DNA of 59,936 nt from positions 1 to 59,936 of IMG/VR virus record IMGVR_UViG_3300006735_005664, one strand, 5' to 3'. The DNA is from a virus (taxonomy: Duplodnaviria > Caudoviricetes). The notes below the pieces were generated by a model. That model worked only from the letters and a program-made list of their open reading frames with translations, searched no databases and had not been told where the DNA came from. Shown here piece after piece: positions 41,058-50,081 of this stretch. The position numbers and the translations under genes were made by a program. Every line of letters begins with the position of its first letter. Within the stretch, counting starts at the first letter, position 1.

Positions 41058-41447
41058 ATGATGAACAGAAACATGGTACGTCTTAGAAATAGATCTTATG
41101 ATAGATTAAGAGACAAGCCTTTTATGCAAAGAGGGGGGCCTATGCCAGCACAACCGCCTGTTCAAGCACCAATGCCAAACATGGATAATGCTCAAGTAGC
41201 TTTTAATAAAGTCAGAAAAGATGCCATTAATGGTATATTAAATGAAAATATAATTCTAAAAAAAGAAAATCATTTAATAAAAACTGAAATGAAAAAACAA
41301 CAACTGATCAATTCAGGAAGAAAGAAACCACAAGATTTTGAAAAAAAAAGAACACCTAGACAAATGGGTGGTGTTATCAATGTTAGACAAATTGAAGCAC
41401 AAAAGAAAGTAAGAAGAGGTGGATTTATAACAATGAAAAATAAATAG
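41058..41447 (+). CDS. Basic protein with three di-Gly motifs
   Basis: 129 aa; FMQRGG, RQMGG, VRRGG. Confidence 0.65.
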   Translation: MMNRNMVRLRNRSYDRLRDKPFMQRGGPMPAQPPVQAPMPNMDNAQVAFNKVRKDAINGILNENIILKKENHLIKTEMKKQQLINSGRKKPQDFEKKRTPRQMGGVINVRQIEAQKKVRRGGFITMKNK

Positions 41448-41449
41448 AT

Positions 41450-41860
41450 ATGGCAACTACTACAGCTCAATTAAAATTAGATAGTGCAGCAGGAAGTTTA
41501 TTAACTTCTGTTTTAGCTATTGATGATACAATGACTTTGTATGATAAGGGCACAACTACTGGTATGACAAAAACTACCGGTTTAGCTAGGCAAACATTTG
41601 CAGCTGCAACAGCTACTAGAATTTTATCAGCTTCTGATTATACAACTAATAAATGTCATAAGTTATATATAAAGAATACAGATTCTTCTGGTACACATAC
41701 TGTAGAAATAAAAATAGGTGATTTATCTGGTACTAATGTAAATTTAGGATTTTTAGATCCAGATCAATGGGCTATAGTACCATGGTCAGCAGGAGCTGAT
41801 GTAAATGTAGAATGTACATCTGCATCAACAGTAGTTGAATGGATGTTAATTTTTGAATAA
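41450..41860 (+). CDS. Beta-rich 'MATL-family' paralog 1 (putative capsid decoration/structural)
   Basis: MATTTAQLKL...LYIKN...LDPDQWAIVPW; clearly similar to three neighbours. Confidence 0.7.
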   Translation: MATTTAQLKLDSAAGSLLTSVLAIDDTMTLYDKGTTTGMTKTTGLARQTFAAATATRILSASDYTTNKCHKLYIKNTDSSGTHTVEIKIGDLSGTNVNLGFLDPDQWAIVPWSAGADVNVECTSASTVVEWMLIFE

Positions 41861-41878
41861 TAAATAAAATAAAAAGAT

Positions 41879-42256
41879 ATGGCAACTTTAAACGCGCAAA
41901 CTAAATTAACAGTATCAGACATAGTAGCTGATGATATTGCATTAGATGTAACAATGTCTCCAAGTGTAATAGCTGGAGGTGTTACAAGTAAAAAATTAAC
42001 TTCAGCTAGAGCAACAGGTTCTGCCTTAACAGTTGTAGAAGCAACTTATTATGCAGAAGGAACTGTTATTTATTTAAGAAATATGAGTTCTCATGAAACA
42101 ATTTCTGTAGAGTTAACTGCAGGAACTACTCATTTAACTTTAGGTCCTTTAACTTGGACAGTATTTCCTTGGAAAGCCGCTACAGATATATTAGTTTTTT
42201 CAACAAATGGTACAGAAGCTCCTACATTAGAAGTGGGTATATTTTCAGGATCATAA
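41879..42256 (+). CDS. Beta-rich 'MATL-family' paralog 2
   Basis: MATLNAQTKL...GGVTS...IYLRN...LGPLTWTVFPW...APTLEVG. Confidence 0.7.
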   Translation: MATLNAQTKLTVSDIVADDIALDVTMSPSVIAGGVTSKKLTSARATGSALTVVEATYYAEGTVIYLRNMSSHETISVELTAGTTHLTLGPLTWTVFPWKAATDILVFSTNGTEAPTLEVGIFSGS

Positions 42257-42277
42257 TAATAAATAAAATAAATAGAT

Positions 42278-42646
42278 ATGGCAACATTAACAGGACAATT
42301 AAAATTAGACATTTCAGGAATAACTTCTGATGCAATTTCTATAGATGAAAGTTTTACATTTACAGCTACCTCTGGTGGAGTTACTAGTAGATCTATTGAT
42401 ACAACAGCTACTTCTGGAGAAAAAGTTATAGAAGCTGATGAATATGCAGCAGGTGATATTGTATATTTAAGAAACAGATCTACAGGAACTGATGTTATTA
42501 CAATTAGATTAGGAGCTGATGTAGATGGAGAATTTGAATTAAAGGCTGGACAGTTTGCAATATTTCCTTGGGCAAAAAATGCAGATGTATTGGCATATAC
42601 AAGTGCTAATGCTCCTGTATTAGAAATTGGAACATTTGCAGCATAG
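42278..42646 (+). CDS. Beta-rich 'MATL-family' paralog 3
   Basis: MATLTGQLKL...GGVTS...VYLRN...LKAGQFAIFPW...APVLEIG. Confidence 0.7.
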   Translation: MATLTGQLKLDISGITSDAISIDESFTFTATSGGVTSRSIDTTATSGEKVIEADEYAAGDIVYLRNRSTGTDVITIRLGADVDGEFELKAGQFAIFPWAKNADVLAYTSANAPVLEIGTFAA

Positions 42647-42649
42647 GTC

Positions 42650-42934
42650 ATGGCAAAAGAATTAAATGAAGACACAGGTTTTAAGGTTAGTATAAAAACC
42701 TTAATTGGTATAGGTGTAGCAATGGCTACAGTTATTGGAATGTGGTTTGCGCTTCAAGCAGATATTGAAGAAGCTAAACTACTTCCTGAGCCACCTGCAC
42801 CAGATGTAACAAGGATGGAGTTTGATATGAAGGATAAAAATATACGTCTCACTATTGAGAACACTCAAGATGATGTGACAGAGATCAAAGAAGATCTTAG
42901 ACGTATAGAGGACAAAATTGATGATTTAAAATGA
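42650..42934 (+). CDS. Single-pass membrane protein with C-terminal coiled coil
   Basis: TLIGIGVAMATVIGMWFAL TM segment, then a Pro linker and heptads. Confidence 0.65.
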   Translation: MAKELNEDTGFKVSIKTLIGIGVAMATVIGMWFALQADIEEAKLLPEPPAPDVTRMEFDMKDKNIRLTIENTQDDVTEIKEDLRRIEDKIDDLK

Positions 42935-43254
42935 AAAACCTAATGATAATATTTCTGCTACTTGCAGGCATAGTTAGTGCACAAGTAGAAGTAATTCATT
43001 TTAATGCGGGATGGAATGCATCTAATGATGTTAAGTGGGTAGATGATTTAAATGATTGCGAGATAAAATATATTGACATAGCAAAGAATACTAAAGCTCA
43101 AACTAAATATGAAATAACTGTTGTTCCAACAATATTAATATTGGATGATGGAGAAGAAGATGAAAGATATGAAGCAGATATATCTTTTAGTATGAAGGCT
43201 ACTAAAGAAGAAGTGCAAGAATACATTGATGAATTAGTAATAAATAAATTTTAA
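42931..43254 (+). CDS. Exported thioredoxin-fold protein lacking CXXC
   Basis: Signal peptide MKNLMIIFLLLAGIVSA-Q; VIHFNAGWN in place of FxAxWCxxC; YEITVVPTILI cis-Pro loop. Confidence 0.7.
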   Translation: MKNLMIIFLLLAGIVSAQVEVIHFNAGWNASNDVKWVDDLNDCEIKYIDIAKNTKAQTKYEITVVPTILILDDGEEDERYEADISFSMKATKEEVQEYIDELVINKF

Positions 43255-43255
43255 A

Positions 43256-43351
43256 ATGAAGAAATTTTTGTGTAAATTATTATGTATAGTTAGTTTCTAT
43301 ACAATATGTTTAAAATGGTGTGGTAAAACATGCTGTAAAGATAAGTGTTAA
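43256..43351 (+). CDS. 31-aa Cys-rich peptide (MKKFLCKLLCIVSFYTICLKWCGKTCCKDKC)
   Basis: Translated by hand; 7 Cys; starts 1 nt after the upstream stop and fills the gap. Confidence 0.55.
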   Translation: MKKFLCKLLCIVSFYTICLKWCGKTCCKDKC

Positions 43352-43370
43352 TTAATAAATAATAAAGAAT

Positions 43371-43742
43371 ATGGCAACTTTAACAAGTGTATTACAACTT
43401 TCAACAAGCGGTGTAGCAAAAGATAGAGTAAATGTTACTTTTTCTAAAATAGCAAATATAAAAAATCCTGCTATTCAGACTGGTACAATGAACATATCAA
43501 CTATTGTTCCTATAGCTACTGCACCTTCAGGTTCAGGAGCTAGTGACGGTATGTATATGTATATAAAGAATTTGGATGCTAGTGCGTTTTTGAATGTTAC
43601 CTTTGACTCAAACAATACATTAAAGATAGGACCGGGTGAGGTTAGTTTCTTTTGTGTTCATGATGCAAGGGTTGTAAAAGGTACTGCTAGTACTGGAACT
43701 ATAAAAATAGAGTACGGCACATGGACATTAGATAAGTATTAA
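43371..43742 (+). CDS. Beta-rich 'MATL-family' paralog 4 (more diverged)
   Basis: MATLTSVLQL...MYIKN...IGPGEVSFF...IEYG. Confidence 0.65.
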   Translation: MATLTSVLQLSTSGVAKDRVNVTFSKIANIKNPAIQTGTMNISTIVPIATAPSGSGASDGMYMYIKNLDASAFLNVTFDSNNTLKIGPGEVSFFCVHDARVVKGTASTGTIKIEYGTWTLDKY

Positions 43743-43753
43743 AAATAAGTACT

Positions 43754-46700
43754 ATGTCTAGGTATGTAATGTTGATTGTGTGTATACTATCAAGTATAGC
43801 ACACTCACAGTCTGATTCATGGATTGAAATAGAATTTCAATTTGACGGATATGCTGAGGAAGTGTCATGGAGTTTTTATAATTCTACTGATACTATTTCT
43901 GTTGATACAGGTTTCTATTCAGAGGGACAACCTAATGCATATCAATTCATAGAATTAGATTCTGGAGATTATACATTTCAATTAATGGATTCATGGGGTG
44001 ATGGCTTGTCATATCCTGAAGATGGTTGGTGTTTAGTTTCTAATGCTTGTCAAGACACTTTATTCTTTGTAGAAGGTGATTATGGTATGGGCCTAATTGA
44101 ATCCCTTACAATTGCTCCCTGTGCTCCTCCTGAGCCTGCAGTAATTGATTGTATGGATGAAAACGCAACAAACTATAATCCAGATGCTGATGTAAATGAT
44201 CAGTCTTTATGTGAATATCCACCATGTGAAGGTTGGGGTGAACCTTTTGTAGATCAGGTATGTGATGGTGGTCAAGCACTTCTTTATTGGAATTGGGAAG
44301 CTTCAGATAATCCTAATTGTAATGTAATTCAAATAATTTATAGCGGTGAAAACACTAACTCTTACAACTTTGATGTTGATATAGACAATGGTATATGGGG
44401 TGTTTATACTGGTAATGGTCAGATGCCTCCTAACTGGGAAGAGGAATATTCATTCCAAGCAATGTTTGCTGATAGTACTATGTCAGATACATTATTTCAT
44501 ACACCATACCCATGTACACAAGGATGTACAGATGATAATGCTCCTAATTATAATCCATGGGCTACAGTAGATGACGGATCTTGTGGAGGTCAAGCATGTG
44601 ATGCGGGATACACTTCTATAACAGTAGATATAACTTTAGATAATTGGCCAGGTGAAACAGGATGGTCAATTGTTAGTGGTGGGGTAATAGATGAGCATGC
44701 TGATGGAGATTATGACTATCAAGATATAGGTCAAACATTTTCATATTCTTATTGTGTAATGGAAGATGGATTTGAATTTATTGTTTCAGATACCTTTGGA
44801 GATGGATTAGCCGGTTCTACTTCAGGTGGAGATCTTGATGGAGACATTGTTATAAAAGGATGTGACGGGGATACAATAACAGCTTTATCTTCCGGAACTT
44901 GGTTAAACGCAGCACAAGACACGGTAGGTGTTGGTTTTGGTAGTGTAGCTTATTCAGGATGGCAACAAGCTACTATATGTGAAACAAATGATGTTTCAGG
45001 ATGCACTGATCCAACATATCAAGAATTTAATCCAGAAGCTGTTATAGATGATTACTCATGTGTTACAGAGCATATATACGGTTGTATAAATGAAAATGCT
45101 TTTAACTATGATGAAAACGCAACAGCAATGGATATATATCCTAACTGTAACTATGAACTATGGATAGGAGATGCAGCTGCTGATGGTTGGGGTAACTCAT
45201 TCTTAGGAGTTGTACAAGGTGACAATCAATGGTCATTCACAATGGGTCCAGGAGAATATGAACAAACTTTTCCTATTTGGCTAGAAACAGATAAACCGGT
45301 AAAGATATTTTACTTTGAAGTAGGTGGAGCACAAACTCCTCCAGAAGAGGTGGCTTTTCAAACACTACATAATTCATTTAAGTTAACAAATGATAATGGT
45401 GTAATACTAATGTATGAAGGAGGAAATCCTTTTGCAGGTAACGGTCAAGGTGCGCTTCAAGCTTTTGAACCTCCATTTTTTCAGACATATCAAGCAATGC
45501 CTTTCTGTGGTACACTCTGTATTCCTACAGTAGAAGGTTGTTTAGATGCTACAGCACTAAACTATAACGAAGAGGCAAATACAGATGACGGTAGCTGCAT
45601 AGAGATTATAGAAGGTTGTACTAATGAATTAGCTTTCAACTATGATGAAGAAGCTAACTATGATGACGGGTCATGTGAAGCTGTAGTTGTTGGTTGCATG
45701 GATGAGATAGCATGGAACTACAATGAGGATGCTAATACAGATGGTGGTGACTGTATATATTTAGGATGTACAGACATTGATGCTTGTAACTACAATGCTA
45801 ATGCTAATGCAGATAGTGGGGGTTGTACTTATCCTGATGACTACTATAATTGTAGTGATGTGTGTATAAATGATGCTGACGCAGATGGAGTATGTGATGA
45901 GCTTGAAGTACTAGGATGTACTAGTGTAGCTGCTATTAACTACAATCCAGAAGCAACTGATAATGATGGTTCTTGTATAGGTATAGTTTATGGATGTACA
46001 GACCCAGTAGCGTTTAACTATGATGAAACTGCTAATACAGACAACGGTTCTTGTGTACCTGTAATATTTGGTTGTACAAATTCAGCGGCATTAAATTATA
46101 ATGCTACTGCTAATACTGATAACGGGTCATGTATTACAGTAGTAACAGGTTGCACAGACTCAGCAGCACTTAATTATAATGAAAATGCAAATGTAGAAGA
46201 TGGAAGTTGTATAGATGTAGTATACGGATGTACTGATTCTACTGCACTTAATTACAATGAATTAGCAAATACAGATAACGGTTCTTGTATTACTATTATT
46301 TATGGATGCACAGACCCTGATGCTCTTAACTATGATGAGCTAGCTAACGTTGATGATTTTAGTTGTATTGATCCAGTATATGGTTGTACAGATTCAAATT
46401 CTTATAATTATAATGAATTAGCTAACGTAGATAATGAAAGTTGTATAGACTTTGCATATGGGTGCATTGATTCAGATGCTCTTAACTATGATGCTTCAGC
46501 AAATACTTTAGATCCTGATGTACCATGTTGCTATGTTAGTGGATGTACTGATTCAGCTGCATTAAACTACAATATAAATGCGTGTTATGATGATGGGTCA
46601 TGTGTAGAAATTATAGAAGGGTGTGCTGATCCTAATGCATATAACTATGATCCGCTAGTTAACTTACCAGATAATACTGATTGTCTTTATGATGCTGGTT

Positions 46701-47077
46701 GCTATGGTGGGCCAGGTGAACCTTATTGGTTAAATGATCCTTGTTATGCTTGGGTTATAGATGTGGATAGTTATTGTTGTACATCTATATGGGATGATAC
46801 TTGTCAATCTATGTATAACTATTGTGAAGATGGGTGGCCAGTTAGTATAGATGAACTATCAGGTAGTGATATAGTTGTTTATCCAAATCCTACAGCAAAT
46901 ACTTTTACTATAGAAACAAGATTAAATGTTGATGTAGAACTATATAATATGGTAGGTGAGCTTATAAAAGTAGATAATATAAAAAGAATAGATGTATCAG
47001 ATTACCCTGATGGAATATATAATTTGATTATTACATATGATAAAATAAGAATAACAAAGAAAATAATTAAACTATGA
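43754..47077 (+). CDS. Secreted acidic Cys-repeat protein with type IX secretion (type A) C-terminal sorting domain
   Basis: Signal peptide ending AHS-Q; about 18 GCxDxxAxNYxxxAxxDxGSC units; C-terminal IVVYPNP...VELYNMVG...DGIYNLII...KKIIKL (46871-47074). Confidence 0.85.
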   Translation: MSRYVMLIVCILSSIAHSQSDSWIEIEFQFDGYAEEVSWSFYNSTDTISVDTGFYSEGQPNAYQFIELDSGDYTFQLMDSWGDGLSYPEDGWCLVSNACQDTLFFVEGDYGMGLIESLTIAPCAPPEPAVIDCMDENATNYNPDADVNDQSLCEYPPCEGWGEPFVDQVCDGGQALLYWNWEASDNPNCNVIQIIYSGENTNSYNFDVDIDNGIWGVYTGNGQMPPNWEEEYSFQAMFADSTMSDTLFHTPYPCTQGCTDDNAPNYNPWATVDDGSCGGQACDAGYTSITVDITLDNWPGETGWSIVSGGVIDEHADGDYDYQDIGQTFSYSYCVMEDGFEFIVSDTFGDGLAGSTSGGDLDGDIVIKGCDGDTITALSSGTWLNAAQDTVGVGFGSVAYSGWQQATICETNDVSGCTDPTYQEFNPEAVIDDYSCVTEHIYGCINENAFNYDENATAMDIYPNCNYELWIGDAAADGWGNSFLGVVQGDNQWSFTMGPGEYEQTFPIWLETDKPVKIFYFEVGGAQTPPEEVAFQTLHNSFKLTNDNGVILMYEGGNPFAGNGQGALQAFEPPFFQTYQAMPFCGTLCIPTVEGCLDATALNYNEEANTDDGSCIEIIEGCTNELAFNYDEEANYDDGSCEAVVVGCMDEIAWNYNEDANTDGGDCIYLGCTDIDACNYNANANADSGGCTYPDDYYNCSDVCINDADADGVCDELEVLGCTSVAAINYNPEATDNDGSCIGIVYGCTDPVAFNYDETANTDNGSCVPVIFGCTNSAALNYNATANTDNGSCITVVTGCTDSAALNYNENANVEDGSCIDVVYGCTDSTALNYNELANTDNGSCITIIYGCTDPDALNYDELANVDDFSCIDPVYGCTDSNSYNYNELANVDNESCIDFAYGCIDSDALNYDASANTLDPDVPCCYVSGCTDSAALNYNINACYDDGSCVEIIEGCADPNAYNYDPLVNLPDNTDCLYDAGCYGGPGEPYWLNDPCYAWVIDVDSYCCTSIWDDTCQSMYNYCEDGWPVSIDELSGSDIVVYPNPTANTFTIETRLNVDVELYNMVGELIKVDNIKRIDVSDYPDGIYNLIITYDKIRITKKIIKL
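45520..46685 (+). repeat. Intragenic array of about 14 Cys-containing repeats, core period 26 aa (78 bp)
   Basis: For example YGCTDPVAFNYDETANTDNGSC, FGCTNSAALNYNATANTDNGSC, TGCTDSAALNYNENANVEDGSC; diverged at the DNA level. Confidence 0.9.
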
Positions 47078-47265
47078 AATACTTAGCAGCAATATGGGTT
47101 CTATTAATTGTAGGTTGTGGATTATTTAATCCTGCAAAGTATAATCCTAATCCAAGACCAGTGGTAGAAGAGTGTTGTCCTAAAGATTCAATAAGAGTTG
47201 ATACAATAAGATTAACAAACGGAGTAGATCATATTATAATGTTAGATACAGTTAAAGTAAAATGA
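47074..47265 (+). CDS. Small putative lipoprotein
   Basis: MKYLAAIWVLLIVG-C lipobox-like signal; 4-nt overlaps with both neighbours. Confidence 0.65.
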   Translation: MKYLAAIWVLLIVGCGLFNPAKYNPNPRPVVEECCPKDSIRVDTIRLTNGVDHIIMLDTVKVK

Positions 47266-48320
47266 GAATAATTTTATCCATATTATTACTTTTATCATTT
47301 ACGATAAATGCACAAGAAGAAAATAAATTTAAGAAAGAACTTAAAAAGACTTTTAAGTTTTCTACATTCTATGCTGCAGTAAACGGTGGAACTTCTATTT
47401 CAGATCAGAATGTATATTCTGTATTAGACCAACTTCAAACCGATGTAATAGAAACCCCATTTGATTATGCCTTAACTCTAGGTGTAAGAAAGATACAGAG
47501 ATTTGGATACGAGAACAAGGCTAACACATTCAAGGATGGTACAGAAGCTTCATACTCTGATGCCGCTACCATTGGACGAACTAAAGGATTTGAGTTTTTA
47601 TTTGAGATGGATTACCAAAGAAAGTTTGGTGATACATACATAGACCAAAATCATTTTTTACGATACTTAGCAGACAAATGGGTTGTTAAAGTAGAGTACT
47701 TACAAGACGGTTTTGCTGATGTAGAGTATATGGAGGCATCACAAAGATACAGACATAAACTAGGAAAGAGAATTTCTCTTACTGCTGGAGCTGTACAACG
47801 AATATCTGAACCTTATGGTTTTGATCCATTAGCTGACTGGGTGTTATCCAATGGGAATATACACTATACAAACCTTGCTTTAGAGGAAGGGTACACAATT
47901 GGTTTTGACCCAACAGGAATAAGCTACTTTAACCCTAGTGGATCGGTAGTTGCTACAAGTAGTGAAGTTTGGGAAGAAGTGGTGATCCCACAAGTTCTTG
48001 ATGATTATGTTAAAGCAAGTAAAGATGCATTACCTGTACAGTGGTGTCACTCATTAGTAATTGGTTTTGATTATTACTACTACACTAAAAGTATCTGGTT
48101 ACACTCATGGGGTAATGTACTTCCTGTTCATCTTAATACAGGAGGAGACTACTCATATCACAACTTTAATGGTGGTAATTGGATAGATTATTCTGCTGGT
48201 TTAATTTTTGGATATAAGATTAATAAGAATCTTGGTCTTTTTATTGAAGGTAAATATAACAAGTATTGGAACAGGGACTGGCATGATTTCAAGTTTGGAA
48301 TAAATTATATTATTCTTTAG
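47262..48320 (+). CDS. Putative outer-membrane beta-barrel protein
   Basis: Signal peptide ending INA-Q; aromatic-rich amphipathic strands; terminal strand HDFKFGINYIIL. Confidence 0.7.
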   Translation: MRIILSILLLLSFTINAQEENKFKKELKKTFKFSTFYAAVNGGTSISDQNVYSVLDQLQTDVIETPFDYALTLGVRKIQRFGYENKANTFKDGTEASYSDAATIGRTKGFEFLFEMDYQRKFGDTYIDQNHFLRYLADKWVVKVEYLQDGFADVEYMEASQRYRHKLGKRISLTAGAVQRISEPYGFDPLADWVLSNGNIHYTNLALEEGYTIGFDPTGISYFNPSGSVVATSSEVWEEVVIPQVLDDYVKASKDALPVQWCHSLVIGFDYYYYTKSIWLHSWGNVLPVHLNTGGDYSYHNFNGGNWIDYSAGLIFGYKINKNLGLFIEGKYNKYWNRDWHDFKFGINYIIL

Positions 48321-48330
48321 ATTTTCCCTA

Positions 48331-48350
48331 TTTTTTTGTATATTATAGTA
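48331..48350 (+). promoter_or_regulatory. Putative late-type promoter TTTTTTTG-TATATTAT
   Basis: TATATTAT at 48339-48346, ahead of the small-gene cluster. Confidence 0.5.
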
Positions 48351-48369
48351 TAACCAAAACCGTAAAATT

Positions 48370-48519
48370 ATGAACTGGATTAACAGTTGGCGTGAAGGTA
48401 ACAAAAAGAATATTGTTGACTTCACATTTAGATTTGGGGTAATAACCCTATTTGAATTAAATTGGAACCCGAAGAAAAGCTTTAGGTTAATAGTATTAAA
48501 TTTTGGATTTGAGCTATGA
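48370..48519 (+). CDS. 49-aa hypothetical protein (MNWINSWREGNKKN...LNFGFEL)
   Basis: Translated by hand; follows the promoter motif; its stop overlaps the next ATG (ATGA). Confidence 0.6.
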   Translation: MNWINSWREGNKKNIVDFTFRFGVITLFELNWNPKKSFRLIVLNFGFEL

Positions 48520-48845
48520 TGAAAGGTCTTAAAAATATTAGTATTACTGATACTAGAACACAAATGACTTTTTGTGCAAGCTGTAAAACATGCCCAGCAA
48601 TAGACATTTCCAAAGACTCAGATAAAGTAATAGTGGGTGGTAAAGACGAAGGTTACACCCACTTCACTAAAGATCAGTTTGCTTTATTTGTAAAAACAGT
48701 TAAAGAAGGCATGTATGATAAATATTTCACTAAAGACTGTGTCTGTGGAACTACATCTAATGAAGATGGTACTTGTGATGGAACTCACAAAAATGTTTGT
48801 GATGAACCTTCAGATCTGAATGAAGATGTACCATTTGGAGATTAA
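48516..48845 (+). CDS. Small Cys-rich protein: DUF397-like N-terminal region plus CDGSH-type iron-sulfur motif
   Basis: CASCKTCP...FTKDQFALFVKTVKEG; CVCGTTSNEDGTCDGTH. Confidence 0.65.
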   Translation: MMKGLKNISITDTRTQMTFCASCKTCPAIDISKDSDKVIVGGKDEGYTHFTKDQFALFVKTVKEGMYDKYFTKDCVCGTTSNEDGTCDGTHKNVCDEPSDLNEDVPFGD

Positions 48846-48856
48846 ATATTAATGAT

Positions 48857-49144
48857 ATGCCAGGTAAACTAGGAAGAAAAATAGCACAACTTTTTAAAAA
48901 AGGTGCAAAAAAAACAAAAGATACTCTTAAAGAAATTAAGTACACTGTTAGAGATAAAGGTACTGTTAGAGACATGAGATGGAAAGAAAGAAATCCAGAA
49001 GGATATCATTATAACATGATAAGAAAGAATAAACCTTATAGTGGTACAGGATCTAATCAATTTGGAGGAGAACAAGTAACTAATCATAAAGGTATGAAAG
49101 TTCCAGGTATGTATAAAGATGGTGGTTCAAAATATAAAAAATGA
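48857..49144 (+). CDS. Small Lys-rich protein, MPGK family (VPGM / GGSKYKK end)
   Basis: MPGKLGRK...QFGG...KVPGMYKDGGSKYKK. Confidence 0.75.
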   Translation: MPGKLGRKIAQLFKKGAKKTKDTLKEIKYTVRDKGTVRDMRWKERNPEGYHYNMIRKNKPYSGTGSNQFGGEQVTNHKGMKVPGMYKDGGSKYKK

Positions 49145-49830
49145 GAAAAAGAGTATTAGGTGGACCGCGAAGAGTTAAGAAAAAACTAGTTATAAAAAAA
49201 AACGGTGGTAAAGTAGAACCTACTGGATCAACCGCTGATAAACAGTTAAAAGATTTAAAAGAACGTTATATGAAAAAAAATAAAAAAATGTCTTATAAAA
49301 AAGGAGGTCCAAAATATAAAAAAGGTGGTTCTAAACCAGATTATTTAGATTTTGACAAAGATGGTAATACAACTGAACCTATGAAGAGTACATATTATGG
49401 GGGTGGATCTATTTATACTAAAAAAGGTAAAAAGATTCCTGGAATGCAAATGGGAGGTGTACCAAGACCACAACAAATGCCACCTTCCGAAAAAGATATG
49501 ATAGCTATGCGTCAAAAACCTCAACCTGTAAGTCCTTCTGAGCCTGACTTTCCTCCTATGGAAGAAAATCAGCCTGATGCTAGAGGAAATTTAATTCAAA
49601 CACCCGGAATGAATAGATCTATGTTAACACAAGAGATGATAGATGCAGGATATACAGCAGATGAAAAAGGTTTTATTGATGGACCTAAAAATCAACCAGA
49701 AATGGCAGTTAGTGGAAATGCAAGAACGAGACATATGGACAGCTTGGGTAATAGATTATTAAAACAAAAAGGTGGAGCAGTATATACTAAAAAAGGAATG
49801 AGAGTTCCTGGAATGAGAAAAGGAAGATAA
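49141..49830 (+). CDS. Basic low-complexity protein with multiple di-Gly motifs and an EF-hand-like loop
   Basis: KNGG, YKKGG x2, YYGGG, MQMGG, KQKGG; DFDKDGNTTE; two YTKKGx(K/R)(I/V)PGM units. Confidence 0.75.
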   Translation: MRKRVLGGPRRVKKKLVIKKNGGKVEPTGSTADKQLKDLKERYMKKNKKMSYKKGGPKYKKGGSKPDYLDFDKDGNTTEPMKSTYYGGGSIYTKKGKKIPGMQMGGVPRPQQMPPSEKDMIAMRQKPQPVSPSEPDFPPMEENQPDARGNLIQTPGMNRSMLTQEMIDAGYTADEKGFIDGPKNQPEMAVSGNARTRHMDSLGNRLLKQKGGAVYTKKGMRVPGMRKGR

Positions 49831-49831
49831 A

Positions 49832-50062
49832 ATGCCTATTTTTAATAAATTAAGGAAAAAAAGAATAGAGAATAAGATTAATAAACTTAACTCTAGAACA
49901 GAAGAGCTTCAGGGTATACCAGAAGGCTACTTTCAACAACCTGCATGGGATGAAGGTGGTTCAGAAGTTGTAAAAAACACAAAAAAGGTAATAGACTTGA
50001 AAGATAGATTAAAAAAGTTTAAAAAATATGGTGGTTGTGTAGGACCTAATGGAGTATTATAA
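49832..50062 (+). CDS. Small basic protein ending KYGG-CVGPNGVL
   Basis: Shared C-terminal tag; starts MPIF. Confidence 0.75.
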   Translation: MPIFNKLRKKRIENKINKLNSRTEELQGIPEGYFQQPAWDEGGSEVVKNTKKVIDLKDRLKKFKKYGGCVGPNGVL

Positions 50063-50081
50063 ATATTAAAAAAGTAAAATT

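Noticed and set aside
42130-42675. 181-aa minus-strand ORF (likewise 41270, 48201, 48757, 48869, 50243, 51517 on minus; 37240, 44388, 58289 on plus)
   Set aside because: Shadows of better-supported genes on the opposite strand or frame.
45520-46685. Possible CRISPR array or DGR-type repeats
   Set aside because: The repeats are in-frame coding units diverged at synonymous sites; there is no identical repeat-spacer structure and no Cas or reverse transcriptase gene in the window.
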